DNA from: Promethearchaeota archaeon
GTDB taxonomy: Archaea; Asgardarchaeota; Lokiarchaeia; Sigyniarchaeales; SOKP01
Direction: 5' to 3'
DNA length: 64,000 bases
Assembly (NCBI GenBank): GCA_016839705.1
Contig: JAEOTR010000006.1
Coordinates: 1-64,000, forward strand
This document shows positions 9,558 to 18,658 of the stretch, one piece after another. Under the pieces are notes generated by a model. That model was not told the DNA's origin, did no database searches, and saw nothing but the letters and a program-made list of their open reading frames with translations. A program made the position numbers and the translations under genes. Each line of letters starts with the position of its first letter. Within the stretch, counting starts at the first letter, position 1.

Positions 9558-11291
9558 TTATCCCTCCTCTGGTATAAAACCTTCTATTTCTGAAGATGCC
9601 ATTATTTCTTTAACCCTTGTAAAAGCATCTGCAATCCGTTTTTGAACATTTTTTGCAGAATAAATAGTGATATATTTGCCAAGTGGGGTAGCATTGACCA
9701 TTTGCGTCATTTTTCTATGCACATTTTTCAATTCTGGTCCAACTCCAATTAAAACAAAATTGAGAGGAGGCTGAATTGACTTTATGAGAGTTGCAATTTT
9801 TCTTGGGTTGAATTCCTTGCTTAAATTATCTTCACCATCAGTTAATGTTATTACCCATTTCTGACGTTCTTGGGATTCTTCTCCCTGAATCATTGGTGCT
9901 TTGCTCAATATGTCAATAGCATGTGCTATTGCATCATAAAGGGCAGTCTCATACCTTGTATTTTCTAAATATTTAAATAAATCAACAATTTCCGCAATAT
10001 TTCCTCTCTTCTCTGTAAGTTCGAGAACCATATTTATTATAGAGTGAAAACCGACAATTGCAACACGATCTCCGATATTAATGGTTTCGTTAAAGACACC
10101 TAAAGCACCCATTCGTGCAGCTTGCATTTTTCCCCATTCTTTCATACTGCCAGATTGATCAATTACAAACACTACATCCTTTTTACTAACAAGAAGATCA
10201 TTTATTTTTGAAAGTTCAAGCTCTGCTTTATGATGAAGGGTTGTATCCCCTTGATTTTCATATAATTTGATCATTGCTTCAAGATTATTTTTCATTAGAG
10301 GATAATTCTGTAGATTTCCTGCCAATTTCAAAGATTTGTTGAAATGCTCTTCTGCTTCTTCTGGTTTATTTTTTAACATTGAAAGTCTTCCTAATTGAAA
10401 TTCGTCTTCTGCTAATCCTACATTATAATCCCATTTGCTATCAAGTCTAAAAGCTTCATTTAGTTGTTCTTGAGCGAGCTCTAATTCATTTTTTAGAATG
10501 TGAAGAACCCCTATATTTCTTTTTCTAGCGGCAATTCCTTCATCATCATCCATTTCCTTATCCAATTCAAGAGCTTTTTCAAAATCTTTCATAGCTTCGA
10601 CCCACTTTTCTTCGGAAAGGAAGAGAATACCACGATTATTATATCGAGAGCTTAATCCTCCTATATCATCCATTTGCTCACCGATTTCAATTGATTTAGC
10701 ATAACAATCTTTAGCCCTGTTATTATCTCCCCACATTCGATATATATTTCCAAGATTATTCAGGCACATTCCCTGTCCATTAAGATTTTTAGATGTCCGG
10801 AATAGTTCTAAAGCGGCGTTATAATTAGTAAAAGCAAGATTCATGTCACCACGATAATAACTTTTATTTCCCAAACGCATGGTAACCAATAAATTTTGAA
10901 AAGATTGAGCTAGAATACCAATTTCGTTTCCCCTAATCCTACCATCCATCGAAATCTCTTGTGATAAATCACCTTCAGCTATCATTTCTATCGATTGAGT
11001 TAATTCATTAATAGGTACTGTAATTCTACTGGAGATACGAATTACACCCAATGAAATTACAATGATAATAATAATAGCTATAATAATGAACGTTATTATC
11101 AAAGGAACTTTAAATGCTTCAACTGAGCCAAAACCTAAATTAACATATTCATCAATAATCGAAAATAACTGTAATATTAAAGCTATTGTCAAAATTACGA
11201 ATGGAATTAAAATGCAAGCAATCATGGTTAATATAATCCTTCGTCGTAATGACTTTTTCTTCCCAATTTGTTGTACATCCAGATCTTCCAT
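9558..11291 (-). CDS. Membrane-anchored HAMP-TPR-vWA protein
   Basis: 2 TMs, HAMP ([22 protein letters not shown]), TPRs ([24 protein letters not shown]), vWA with intact MIDAS (DQSGS, T, LTDG). Confidence 0.85.
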   Translation of the reverse strand: MEDLDVQQIGKKKSLRRRIILTMIACILIPFVILTIALILQLFSIIDEYVNLGFGSVEAFKVPLIITFIIIAIIIIIVISLGVIRISSRITVPINELTQSIEMIAEGDLSQEISMDGRIRGNEIGILAQSFQNLLVTMRLGNKSYYRGDMNLAFTNYNAALELFRTSKNLNGQGMCLNNLGNIYRMWGDNNRAKDCYAKSIEIGEQMDDIGGLSSRYNNRGILFLSEEKWVEAMKDFEKALELDKEMDDDEGIAARKRNIGVLHILKNELELAQEQLNEAFRLDSKWDYNVGLAEDEFQLGRLSMLKNKPEEAEEHFNKSLKLAGNLQNYPLMKNNLEAMIKLYENQGDTTLHHKAELELSKINDLLVSKKDVVFVIDQSGSMKEWGKMQAARMGALGVFNETINIGDRVAIVGFHSIINMVLELTEKRGNIAEIVDLFKYLENTRYETALYDAIAHAIDILSKAPMIQGEESQERQKWVITLTDGEDNLSKEFNPRKIATLIKSIQPPLNFVLIGVGPELKNVHRKMTQMVNATPLGKYITIYSAKNVQKRIADAFTRVKEIMASSEIEGFIPEEG

Positions 11292-11356
11292 CTTTTTTCT
11301 CTCCTTTTTCTTTTTTTAATATTGTGATATCTCTTTTATTTAAACAATTAAAAAAA

Positions 11357-12109
11357 TTAAATTCCCTTATCTATCCCTTCATAAATTAAAAATATTGATG
11401 TGAAAATAAAGGCTTTAACAATAGCCAACCCTATTAATCCGAAATCTTCAGCCCCAAATGCTGCATCAATGATACCAAACAAGGAAGCCATAGAAAGTCC
11501 AACACCCATCGAATATCTTTTCCATTTTGCACTTTTGTTATCCATTTTTCGACCACTATACATAATAATAGGACCAAGAAATATCATCATTATAATCAAC
11601 ATTAATGACAACAATGTTAATGCTAAACCTCTGATTCCTGTCTCAGGTAAACCGCCAGGAGATGCTTCCCATTTAGTATAAATTGAAGGATTCGTATAAA
11701 TCAAAATCGCAAAAATTACGCTAATAATCGCCATGATACCAGTTACTGGAATTTTGTAACGACCGTCTTTAAATGTTTCCATCGCAACGTAGGACCAAAT
11801 TGGTATTCCCAGTGCGGGTCCCCATGCATATCCAAGAACTCCCACGTTTGGATCACCATCTGGATACCCTAAAGGGTTAAGTCCTAATATCATCAGTAAA
11901 AAACTTGCAGAGACACCAAACCATGCTTGATAAACTGAAAATAAACCAACTCCTCTTAATATGATCTTCTTTTTAACTTTAGGATTTGGTGCTCTTCGAG
12001 CATGTTTAAAAAAGAGGACAAATGCCAAAATATAACCACTGAGAATAATCTCTAAACCAGTTACCCCATTTATAATATCAATATTAGGAAGGACCATTTT
12101 ATTAGTCAC
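11357..12109 (-). CDS. Seven-transmembrane protein (paralog of 24805-25545)
   Basis: Seven hydrophobic segments in 250 aa. Shares NG, W..S.SFL, NP, K.K, TM6 Asp and TM7 K/R..I.TS...Y.G with the 246-aa protein. Confidence 0.7.
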   Translation of the reverse strand: MTNKMVLPNIDIINGVTGLEIILSGYILAFVLFFKHARRAPNPKVKKKIILRGVGLFSVYQAWFGVSASFLLMILGLNPLGYPDGDPNVGVLGYAWGPALGIPIWSYVAMETFKDGRYKIPVTGIMAIISVIFAILIYTNPSIYTKWEASPGGLPETGIRGLALTLLSLMLIIMMIFLGPIIMYSGRKMDNKSAKWKRYSMGVGLSMASLFGIIDAAFGAEDFGLIGLAIVKAFIFTSIFLIYEGIDKGI

Positions 12110-12284
12110 CCATTTAGTAATATTAGTTTTGTACTAATACTATATAAAGTTATTTGTCATCAAAAGTTGTTAAATTTATCAATTTACCAATAAAAAGATA
12201 TCTTCTACCACTAAATTTTTTATTTAATACTAGAATCATATTTTTATAAAACAGGAAATGAATAGGTAAAAGGGTTTAATTGAA

Positions 12285-12971
12285 ATGAAGAGAATAGGAA
12301 TCTTGGGCGGTATGTCTTATGAGTCAACAATTAAATATTATGAATTAATTCTCCAAAGATATTATAAGAAATACTGCGATTATAATTATCCTGAAGTTAT
12401 TATTTTTAGTTTAAACTTCCAAAAAGTTATAGAATATGAATTAAGTGATGATAGGGCTATATATATAGAGTATTTAATGAGTGGTATCAGATCACTGGAA
12501 AGTGCAGGTGTTGATTTTGTAATTATGGCAGCTAATTCACCTCACGCGGTGTTTGAAGATTTAGAAGAATTAGCTACGGTTCCCATTTTAAGTATAGTAA
12601 AAGCTACAATAGAACAAGCTAAAAAGGAAAAAATGAAAAAGTTGCTTTTATTAGGGATAAAATTTACGATGCAATCAACATTTTATCAAGAATTTTCCAA
12701 GAAGTTGGGTATTAATGTAATAACACCTTCTATTCAAGAACAGGATGAGATAGATCAAATAATATTTAGCGAACTAGTTATTGGTCTTAATCGAAACAAA
12801 TCCAAGGAGAGATTACTTGAAATTATCAATTCTTATGAGATAGATGGAGTGATTTTAGGATGTACTGAATTACCTTTAATTTTAAGTCAAAAAGACACAA
12901 ATATCAAGCTGCTTGATACCTTAGAGCTTCATGTAGAAGCAACCTTTAATTATTACCTATCTAAAAAATAG
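12285..12971 (+). CDS. Aspartate/glutamate racemase family (YgeA/RacX-like)
   Basis: MKRIGILGGMSYESTIKYY, AANSPH, ILGCTELP. Confidence 0.9.
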   Translation: MKRIGILGGMSYESTIKYYELILQRYYKKYCDYNYPEVIIFSLNFQKVIEYELSDDRAIYIEYLMSGIRSLESAGVDFVIMAANSPHAVFEDLEELATVPILSIVKATIEQAKKEKMKKLLLLGIKFTMQSTFYQEFSKKLGINVITPSIQEQDEIDQIIFSELVIGLNRNKSKERLLEIINSYEIDGVILGCTELPLILSQKDTNIKLLDTLELHVEATFNYYLSKK

Positions 12972-13031
12972 TTGTTTATAAGTTTTTTTAACTTTCAAAC
13001 TTTATCTAATATTATTAACCCTAAGTGGTAA

Positions 13032-15314
13032 TTGATTATCGGACGTTTCAAACTTACAACTGTAAAATTCAAAGATCTCGCACCAATCATACTAGTTATG
13101 TTATTGCTGTTTGTCTCAACAGCATGTGCAAATATGCTTATTCCAAGTTATAATGCTATTAGACTTGAGTTTAACATTCCTGAAGCGTTAATCGCAATCC
13201 CTGATGCATTTTTTGTATTAATAAGTGCTGTTTTTGCGTTACTTTGGGGATATTGGGCGGATAAAATTGATAGGGGGAAAGTCCTGATGGCAGGGGCTTT
13301 TTCATGGACAATAGGAATGGTGCTAACCGCATTTTCCCCTAATTATTTATTGTTAGTAATTTCTAGGATGTCAAGTGGGGTAGGATTGGGATGTGTGTTA
13401 CCAGTTGGGTATTCAATTATTTCTGATGCCATTCCCGCAGAAGAAAGATCAGGCTGGTTTGGTACTCTTGCGATATTGAGTTCTATCTCCAATGGAGCTG
13501 GTCAAGGATTATCCGCATTTTTAGGTCCTATTTTTTCTTGGAGATTTCCATTCCTTTTCCTTGCGGTTATAAGTATAATACTTATTTTCGTTCTTTATTT
13601 CGTGAAAATCCCTCAAAGAGGGGCAGGTGAGGATGAACTATTAGATTTAGTAGAGTTAAATTTAGAATATAGCTATAGAATATCAAAAGAAGACTTAGGA
13701 GCTATCATAAAAAAGAAAACTAATCTCTATTTAATAATTCAAGGTTTTTTTTCTGTAATACCCGGAACTGTACTTGTCTATTTTACAACTTCCATGTTAA
13801 TAACTGATTTTTTTAGCAGGATTCCGCCAGAAATTCAACTTCAAACAGCTACCATCTTTGCGGGGATGATAGGGATAGGTTATCTTCTTGGTAATGCTGT
13901 ATTTGCTCGTTTAGGAGATATTCTATTCCGTCACAACAAAAAAAATAGAGCAAGATTAGCTACAATATGTCTTATTTTTTCTATTCCTTTCGCAGTGGTA
14001 CTCCTTATTTCATTGCGCCCAATCGATACCGATATTCTTGGTATTAATTTTCCTATTCCCCCCGATACCATCCCTACAGACCAATTATGGTCTTACATTC
14101 TTAGGACTATTGGGGCAATATTTATAGCATATCCTTCATACATAATATTTTTTATATTTGCTATAATGGCTTCGATGTTAGGGGCGGGACCAGTTGCTAA
14201 CAGAAATGCTGTTATGATAGATGTAAATATGCCTGAACATAAAGGCTCCGCAGCTTCTTTTTTTAAACTTTCAGAACAAATAAGTAAGGGAGTAACACTT
14301 TTAATATCTTTTACTCTCATTTCAATACTCGGTAGTGTTTTCAATATGATTTTTCTAACAATCTTTTTTTGGCTTCCCGCAGCAATCTTGTGGTTTTTAG
14401 CAAGTAAGAATGTAGAAAAAGATATGACTTATAAATCAAGGATTTTATCAGAGAGAAAACAGGTAAGTTTAATTGATTATATTTTTGAATTAGAAATTCA
14501 GATAGATAGAGCCATTCAAAAAGTACAAGATTCAAAGTACTATATTCGAACAAATCTAAATAAGTTTAACAAATTACTTGATGACGCATTGACGATCTTT
14601 AAATTTTGCGAACATGAAGGTGTATCGAGAAGTATCACAAATATCGAGAAAAAAGCACATATCATGTACTTACGTGTTCTACTAATTAAACATGAGACAA
14701 ATAATATACGTAAAAAACTTGAAAATCCAGATCTACCAACCTCTGAATTAAATAATTTAAAAAATGAATTAGGTCAAAAATATAAAACAATAAGTGAATG
14801 GGAAAAAAGTACATTTGGAGAAATCCAAACTTACTATGAGGACGCAAATTTGAAAATCATTGAAGCAAGATTGAATCGTAAAAAACATTTAATAATCGGT
14901 CTAAGGAAAATATCTGAAGCCATTAAAATCTATGAACGAGTAAAATTTTTATTAAGTGAAAGGTTGGAAATTGTAGAAGAAAAGCCCGATTTATCGGAAG
15001 ATGAATCAGTTATACGTGATAAAGAACAGGAGTTATTTAATAAATGTAGTAAATCTTTAAATGCAACAGTAAAACTAAAAGAAGAAATAGACTCTACATT
15101 TAATCAATTAAGACAAAAAGGAATTCAAATTGAAGATTTAAGAATAATTTCTGATCTTACACAAGAATATGATATAAATCTTTATGATGTAATTTTGGAT
15201 ACATTCAAACAAGATCCTCTTACAAAATATGCTCTTATTGATACGTTAGATACTATAGATGATATATTTAAACAATATGATAACTGGAAAGAAGTAGATC
15301 AAAAGGTATTTTAA
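13032..15314 (+). CDS. MFS transporter (Spinster-like) with ~290-aa C-terminal helical extension
   Basis: Motif A WGYWADKIDRGK, SIISDAIPAEERS, 12-TM pattern up to ~aa 460, then a soluble all-helical tail. Confidence 0.85.
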   Translation: MIIGRFKLTTVKFKDLAPIILVMLLLFVSTACANMLIPSYNAIRLEFNIPEALIAIPDAFFVLISAVFALLWGYWADKIDRGKVLMAGAFSWTIGMVLTAFSPNYLLLVISRMSSGVGLGCVLPVGYSIISDAIPAEERSGWFGTLAILSSISNGAGQGLSAFLGPIFSWRFPFLFLAVISIILIFVLYFVKIPQRGAGEDELLDLVELNLEYSYRISKEDLGAIIKKKTNLYLIIQGFFSVIPGTVLVYFTTSMLITDFFSRIPPEIQLQTATIFAGMIGIGYLLGNAVFARLGDILFRHNKKNRARLATICLIFSIPFAVVLLISLRPIDTDILGINFPIPPDTIPTDQLWSYILRTIGAIFIAYPSYIIFFIFAIMASMLGAGPVANRNAVMIDVNMPEHKGSAASFFKLSEQISKGVTLLISFTLISILGSVFNMIFLTIFFWLPAAILWFLASKNVEKDMTYKSRILSERKQVSLIDYIFELEIQIDRAIQKVQDSKYYIRTNLNKFNKLLDDALTIFKFCEHEGVSRSITNIEKKAHIMYLRVLLIKHETNNIRKKLENPDLPTSELNNLKNELGQKYKTISEWEKSTFGEIQTYYEDANLKIIEARLNRKKHLIIGLRKISEAIKIYERVKFLLSERLEIVEEKPDLSEDESVIRDKEQELFNKCSKSLNATVKLKEEIDSTFNQLRQKGIQIEDLRIISDLTQEYDINLYDVILDTFKQDPLTKYALIDTLDTIDDIFKQYDNWKEVDQKVF

Positions 15315-15320
15315 CAAATT

Positions 15321-15587
15321 TTAGTTAATACATTCCCACCTTAATAATTCAAGCATTTCAAATCTATCTTCTTCATTGAGTTCTTCAGATCGTTTCCCTA
15401 CTCTATCTAAATAATCTCCATATTCATCATTTGAACTTAGATTTAATAAAAAAAGTAAACAATTTCTGACTCTCAAAGCGTTGGATATTCCATCTTCGAG
15501 ATCTTTCATTAACTTAATGATAACCTTATATTTCGTTACCTCGCTCTTGCTATTTGCTTCTAAGATTTTATCGAAACAATCTTCCAT
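15321..15587 (-). CDS. Hypothetical protein
   Basis: 88-aa ATG ORF filling the gap, protein-like composition. Confidence 0.6.
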   Translation of the reverse strand: MEDCFDKILEANSKSEVTKYKVIIKLMKDLEDGISNALRVRNCLLFLLNLSSNDEYGDYLDRVGKRSEELNEEDRFEMLELLRWECIN

Positions 15588-15771
15588 TTTTATGATATAA
15601 TTTATAAATTATATTCCCAAATCTAACTTATCTTAAGATCCTAAGCAATCACATAAGGATTTGCATTTTTAAAAGTATCTTTTGTCGTTTTTTTCCCATG
15701 ATAAAAAGTAACTTGTTCTGTTAAACAGATATACTATTAGGGTTTAAATAGAAGGGAGATTAAATGTCCTA

Positions 15772-16269
15772 TTATAAAGGAAAAATTGCTATAATATCCC
15801 AATCTTTTATTACATAATTCATATTATGAATCGGTTTACCATTTACAATAATTTCTAGTCTATCATGTAATTGAGAAATTCTATATTTATTTAGAACAGA
15901 TTTAATGGTACTACCTTCGGGTAAATCTACTACTGCTTCAGCAGGGCGGAATTTCTTTAATCCTTCATGAAGCACAATCTTTACATAAATGGATTTAATT
16001 TGAGTGATCTCCTTAAACATTAAGCCCATTCTTTCGGGGAAAATACCAACACGGTCCCCCTTCCTCACGATTTTTCCTGCTCCACTATATATCCCGTTAA
16101 TAAAAATATGACTTACTTCATCATTATCGATATTTAGTTTTTCAAAAATATCTAATACAGTTATTAAATTATCAACTTCGATTTTAAGAGTGTGTGGAAT
16201 TCCGGCACCACGTTTTTTATTAGGGAATTTTTCTCTTAAATCTCCATATAATTTTACAACTATAGACAT
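15772..16269 (-). CDS. Tandem MoaD/ThiS-like (double beta-grasp) protein lacking C-terminal GG
   Basis: Two repeats: VKLYGDL...IFING...KGDRVGIFP and VKIVLHEGL...IIVNG...KDWDIIAIFP. Confidence 0.8.
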   Translation of the reverse strand: MSIVVKLYGDLREKFPNKKRGAGIPHTLKIEVDNLITVLDIFEKLNIDNDEVSHIFINGIYSGAGKIVRKGDRVGIFPERMGLMFKEITQIKSIYVKIVLHEGLKKFRPAEAVVDLPEGSTIKSVLNKYRISQLHDRLEIIVNGKPIHNMNYVIKDWDIIAIFPL

Positions 16270-16455
16270 AAATTCCTCTCTTAAATTTTTAATTTTATCA
16301 TAAAATTCCCTTTCTATACAGGTAAGTTTCTAAAAATACCTCAAATCCTATAAAATCTAACATTGAGTTTTCATATAAATTTTCGTCTTTTATTATATCA
16401 AAATTTGAATTTAAATAAAAATGAGATAAGTATTTCTAGAACTAACTACATCTAC

Positions 16456-17007
16456 TCAAGAGATTTCAATACTATCTACGAAACTCTCAATTGTTTGCTC
16501 GAGATCAATTATATCATCAACATCTCGTATATCGGAGCTAGCAAGTTTCTCCAGAAACTCTTTCAATAATTTTTCTTTAGATTTATCAGTTGGAAATAAC
16601 AAACTGCTCTTATAATGTTCCCAATCAAGAATATTAGTAAAGATTAAAAATAAAACTTCTATATGTGAGTAATCCACTACACTCTGGAGTTTATCTTTCG
16701 TAATCATAAGCTTTGTATGATCAGTATAAAAATCTGATAAATCATCATAATAATTTGTTAATCTAGCGATGTTATCAAGCTGTAAATGTAGTGCTGCTTG
16801 ATTGATAGGACTTTCTTCATCCCTATAAAGAATGTCAAAGTAATGCATAATGAAATCTTTTAATTTTTGGAGTTTTGTCTGGAACACACGGGTCTTTACA
16901 ATGCGCTCAAACATTGGCGACTCCCGATCTGAGTAAAATTTAAGTTCAAATTTGACTATATCTAGTATGTCGAAGAAGAGTTCGCGTATATCAGTCTTTT
17001 CGGTCAT
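16456..17007 (-). CDS. Hypothetical helical protein
   Basis: 183-aa ATG ORF, SD-like GGTGAG upstream, no recognisable motif. Confidence 0.7.
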   Translation of the reverse strand: MTEKTDIRELFFDILDIVKFELKFYSDRESPMFERIVKTRVFQTKLQKLKDFIMHYFDILYRDEESPINQAALHLQLDNIARLTNYYDDLSDFYTDHTKLMITKDKLQSVVDYSHIEVLFLIFTNILDWEHYKSSLLFPTDKSKEKLLKEFLEKLASSDIRDVDDIIDLEQTIESFVDSIEIS

Positions 17008-17226
17008 TTTCTCACCGTTTTAGTTAATTTCCTCGATCTTTATAAAGTTGCCGACTGTTTCCTCGGCTTTTGAAAAATCTTATTATAATTACAATTCTAA
17101 ATAAATTTTAAAATATTTATATTTTATGAATAAAACATAGGATTATCCCTTTAAAAACATATAGGTGTTAAAACATAGGGGATGGAGCATTGTTTATCAA
17201 ATTTTAGTATCCCAAGTGCTCAAAGC

Positions 17227-17538
17227 TCAATATAATTCTTCAGGTGTCCCGCGCTTCTCATTTCCTTTCTTCAAGACTTCATACCATTCCGTATGATACC
17301 ATATCCTACGTACGGGATTGTAATTCATATTCTTATCAGATTGAAAACACGCAGAGCAGAGCAAGATAGATGTTCGTAAAGGACGCTCGATTTCCCAAAA
17401 CATACTCTCATCGTTATTTTCTGCTTTTAAAGACTCAGACTTCTTTACTGAAGCAGCACTAATAATAATACTTCGTAAATTATTCCTTACAATCCTTAAC
17501 TGTGGATCTTTAATACTAATCGTCCGTTTTGACTTCAT
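17227..17538 (-). CDS. Hypothetical protein with CxxC
   Basis: 103-aa ORF, CSAC motif followed by a degenerate second half-site (WYHTEWY). Confidence 0.6.
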   Translation of the reverse strand: MKSKRTISIKDPQLRIVRNNLRSIIISAASVKKSESLKAENNDESMFWEIERPLRTSILLCSACFQSDKNMNYNPVRRIWYHTEWYEVLKKGNEKRGTPEELY

Positions 17539-17619
17539 ATTATAAAGATTAATTTAGTTATTTGAACCTGCTCCGTTAATAGTATTAAATCAAAAACAAC
17601 AATATCATTAATTCTTTCA

Positions 17620-18582
17620 CTAAACTCTTAAAGAGAAAGTACGATCAGGAACAATTGGTTCTATTGGTATAGTGGGAATTTGTGAGTTTAATTTTGTATT
17701 TATTAACTTTTGATAAGTTATTGCTTTTAAGTGAATTTTAATAATTCGTATAGGGCATCGCAACATAAAATTCATATCCCCAACAGGTTTTTTTCTTAAA
17801 TTCATGAATCTAGTGAAGAACTTTTTTGCCCTCCTTTGAGCTCTTGGTTTTTCAAAGGATATAAAACGTTTTGAGATTGTTTTCAGATCCTTAACATCTC
17901 TAAAACAATAAAAATTTGAAGCTTTTAACGCCCATTTAATTGCTTCCAACTGATATTTCGTAGGATCAAGCTTTCTAAATAAAGAAATGATTATTGAAAA
18001 AAACGAAATCATAAGATTCATAATTGTACTCTTAATCATTTCAAGAAAAGTAATCTGGATTTTAGGTCTAAGCCTATTTCTTAGGTCATCTCCGTATAAA
18101 TTTGTGCTATTGGAAAGAACATTTCCTAAGACAATATTTCGAGGGGCAAAAGCCGCTGAAAATACTCTGTTAACCCTAAAAATTTTATAGAAATTAGCAT
18201 CCTCCCAATATTTCTTTTTAGTTAAGAAATGACTTACAAATATCCCTGTTGTCTGTGAAATAACTCCCAATATCTTCTTGGATAGCTTTTTACTAAATTG
18301 TCGAAAATTATGCTTAAACTCTAATGCAATAAAATATTTTTCAATCTCTTTAATATGATGATTAGATACTCTATCCTTAAAAATAATTAGTAAATCACAA
18401 TCGGAAACCGAAGTGGAGTCACTACATTGTGCTCTCTGGCTTCCAAATAGAAGAATAGACAAAACTTTATTGATTCCGACTTCTTTATTAATAAGTGTTA
18501 TAATATCTCTGATATAATTGCGTGATTGCTGATTTATGCCATATAAATTCTCTTCTAATCTCTCTGAGCTGGCATCATGCAT
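17620..18582 (-). CDS. Pol-beta-superfamily nucleotidyltransferase domain protein
   Basis: ILLFGS...SDCDLLII (hGS...DxD) followed by a basic helical C-terminal domain. Confidence 0.8.
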   Translation of the reverse strand: MHDASSERLEENLYGINQQSRNYIRDIITLINKEVGINKVLSILLFGSQRAQCSDSTSVSDCDLLIIFKDRVSNHHIKEIEKYFIALEFKHNFRQFSKKLSKKILGVISQTTGIFVSHFLTKKKYWEDANFYKIFRVNRVFSAAFAPRNIVLGNVLSNSTNLYGDDLRNRLRPKIQITFLEMIKSTIMNLMISFFSIIISLFRKLDPTKYQLEAIKWALKASNFYCFRDVKDLKTISKRFISFEKPRAQRRAKKFFTRFMNLRKKPVGDMNFMLRCPIRIIKIHLKAITYQKLINTKLNSQIPTIPIEPIVPDRTFSLRV

Positions 18583-18658
18583 TTTAAATCATTCTTTTAA
18601 AATAATAAAAAAAATGTTAAATTGTAAATTTCAAAAAAAATTGATCTGATTCCCATAT

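Noticed and set aside
11357-12109. Rhodopsin hypothesis for the 7TM protein (Lys in TM7)
   Set aside because: No DxxxK or retinal-pocket motifs, and the paralog has Arg at that position.
15600-15720. Degraded coding-like stretch on the minus strand (HGKKTTKDTFKNANPYVIA*)
   Set aside because: Multiple stops and no identifiable parent gene.
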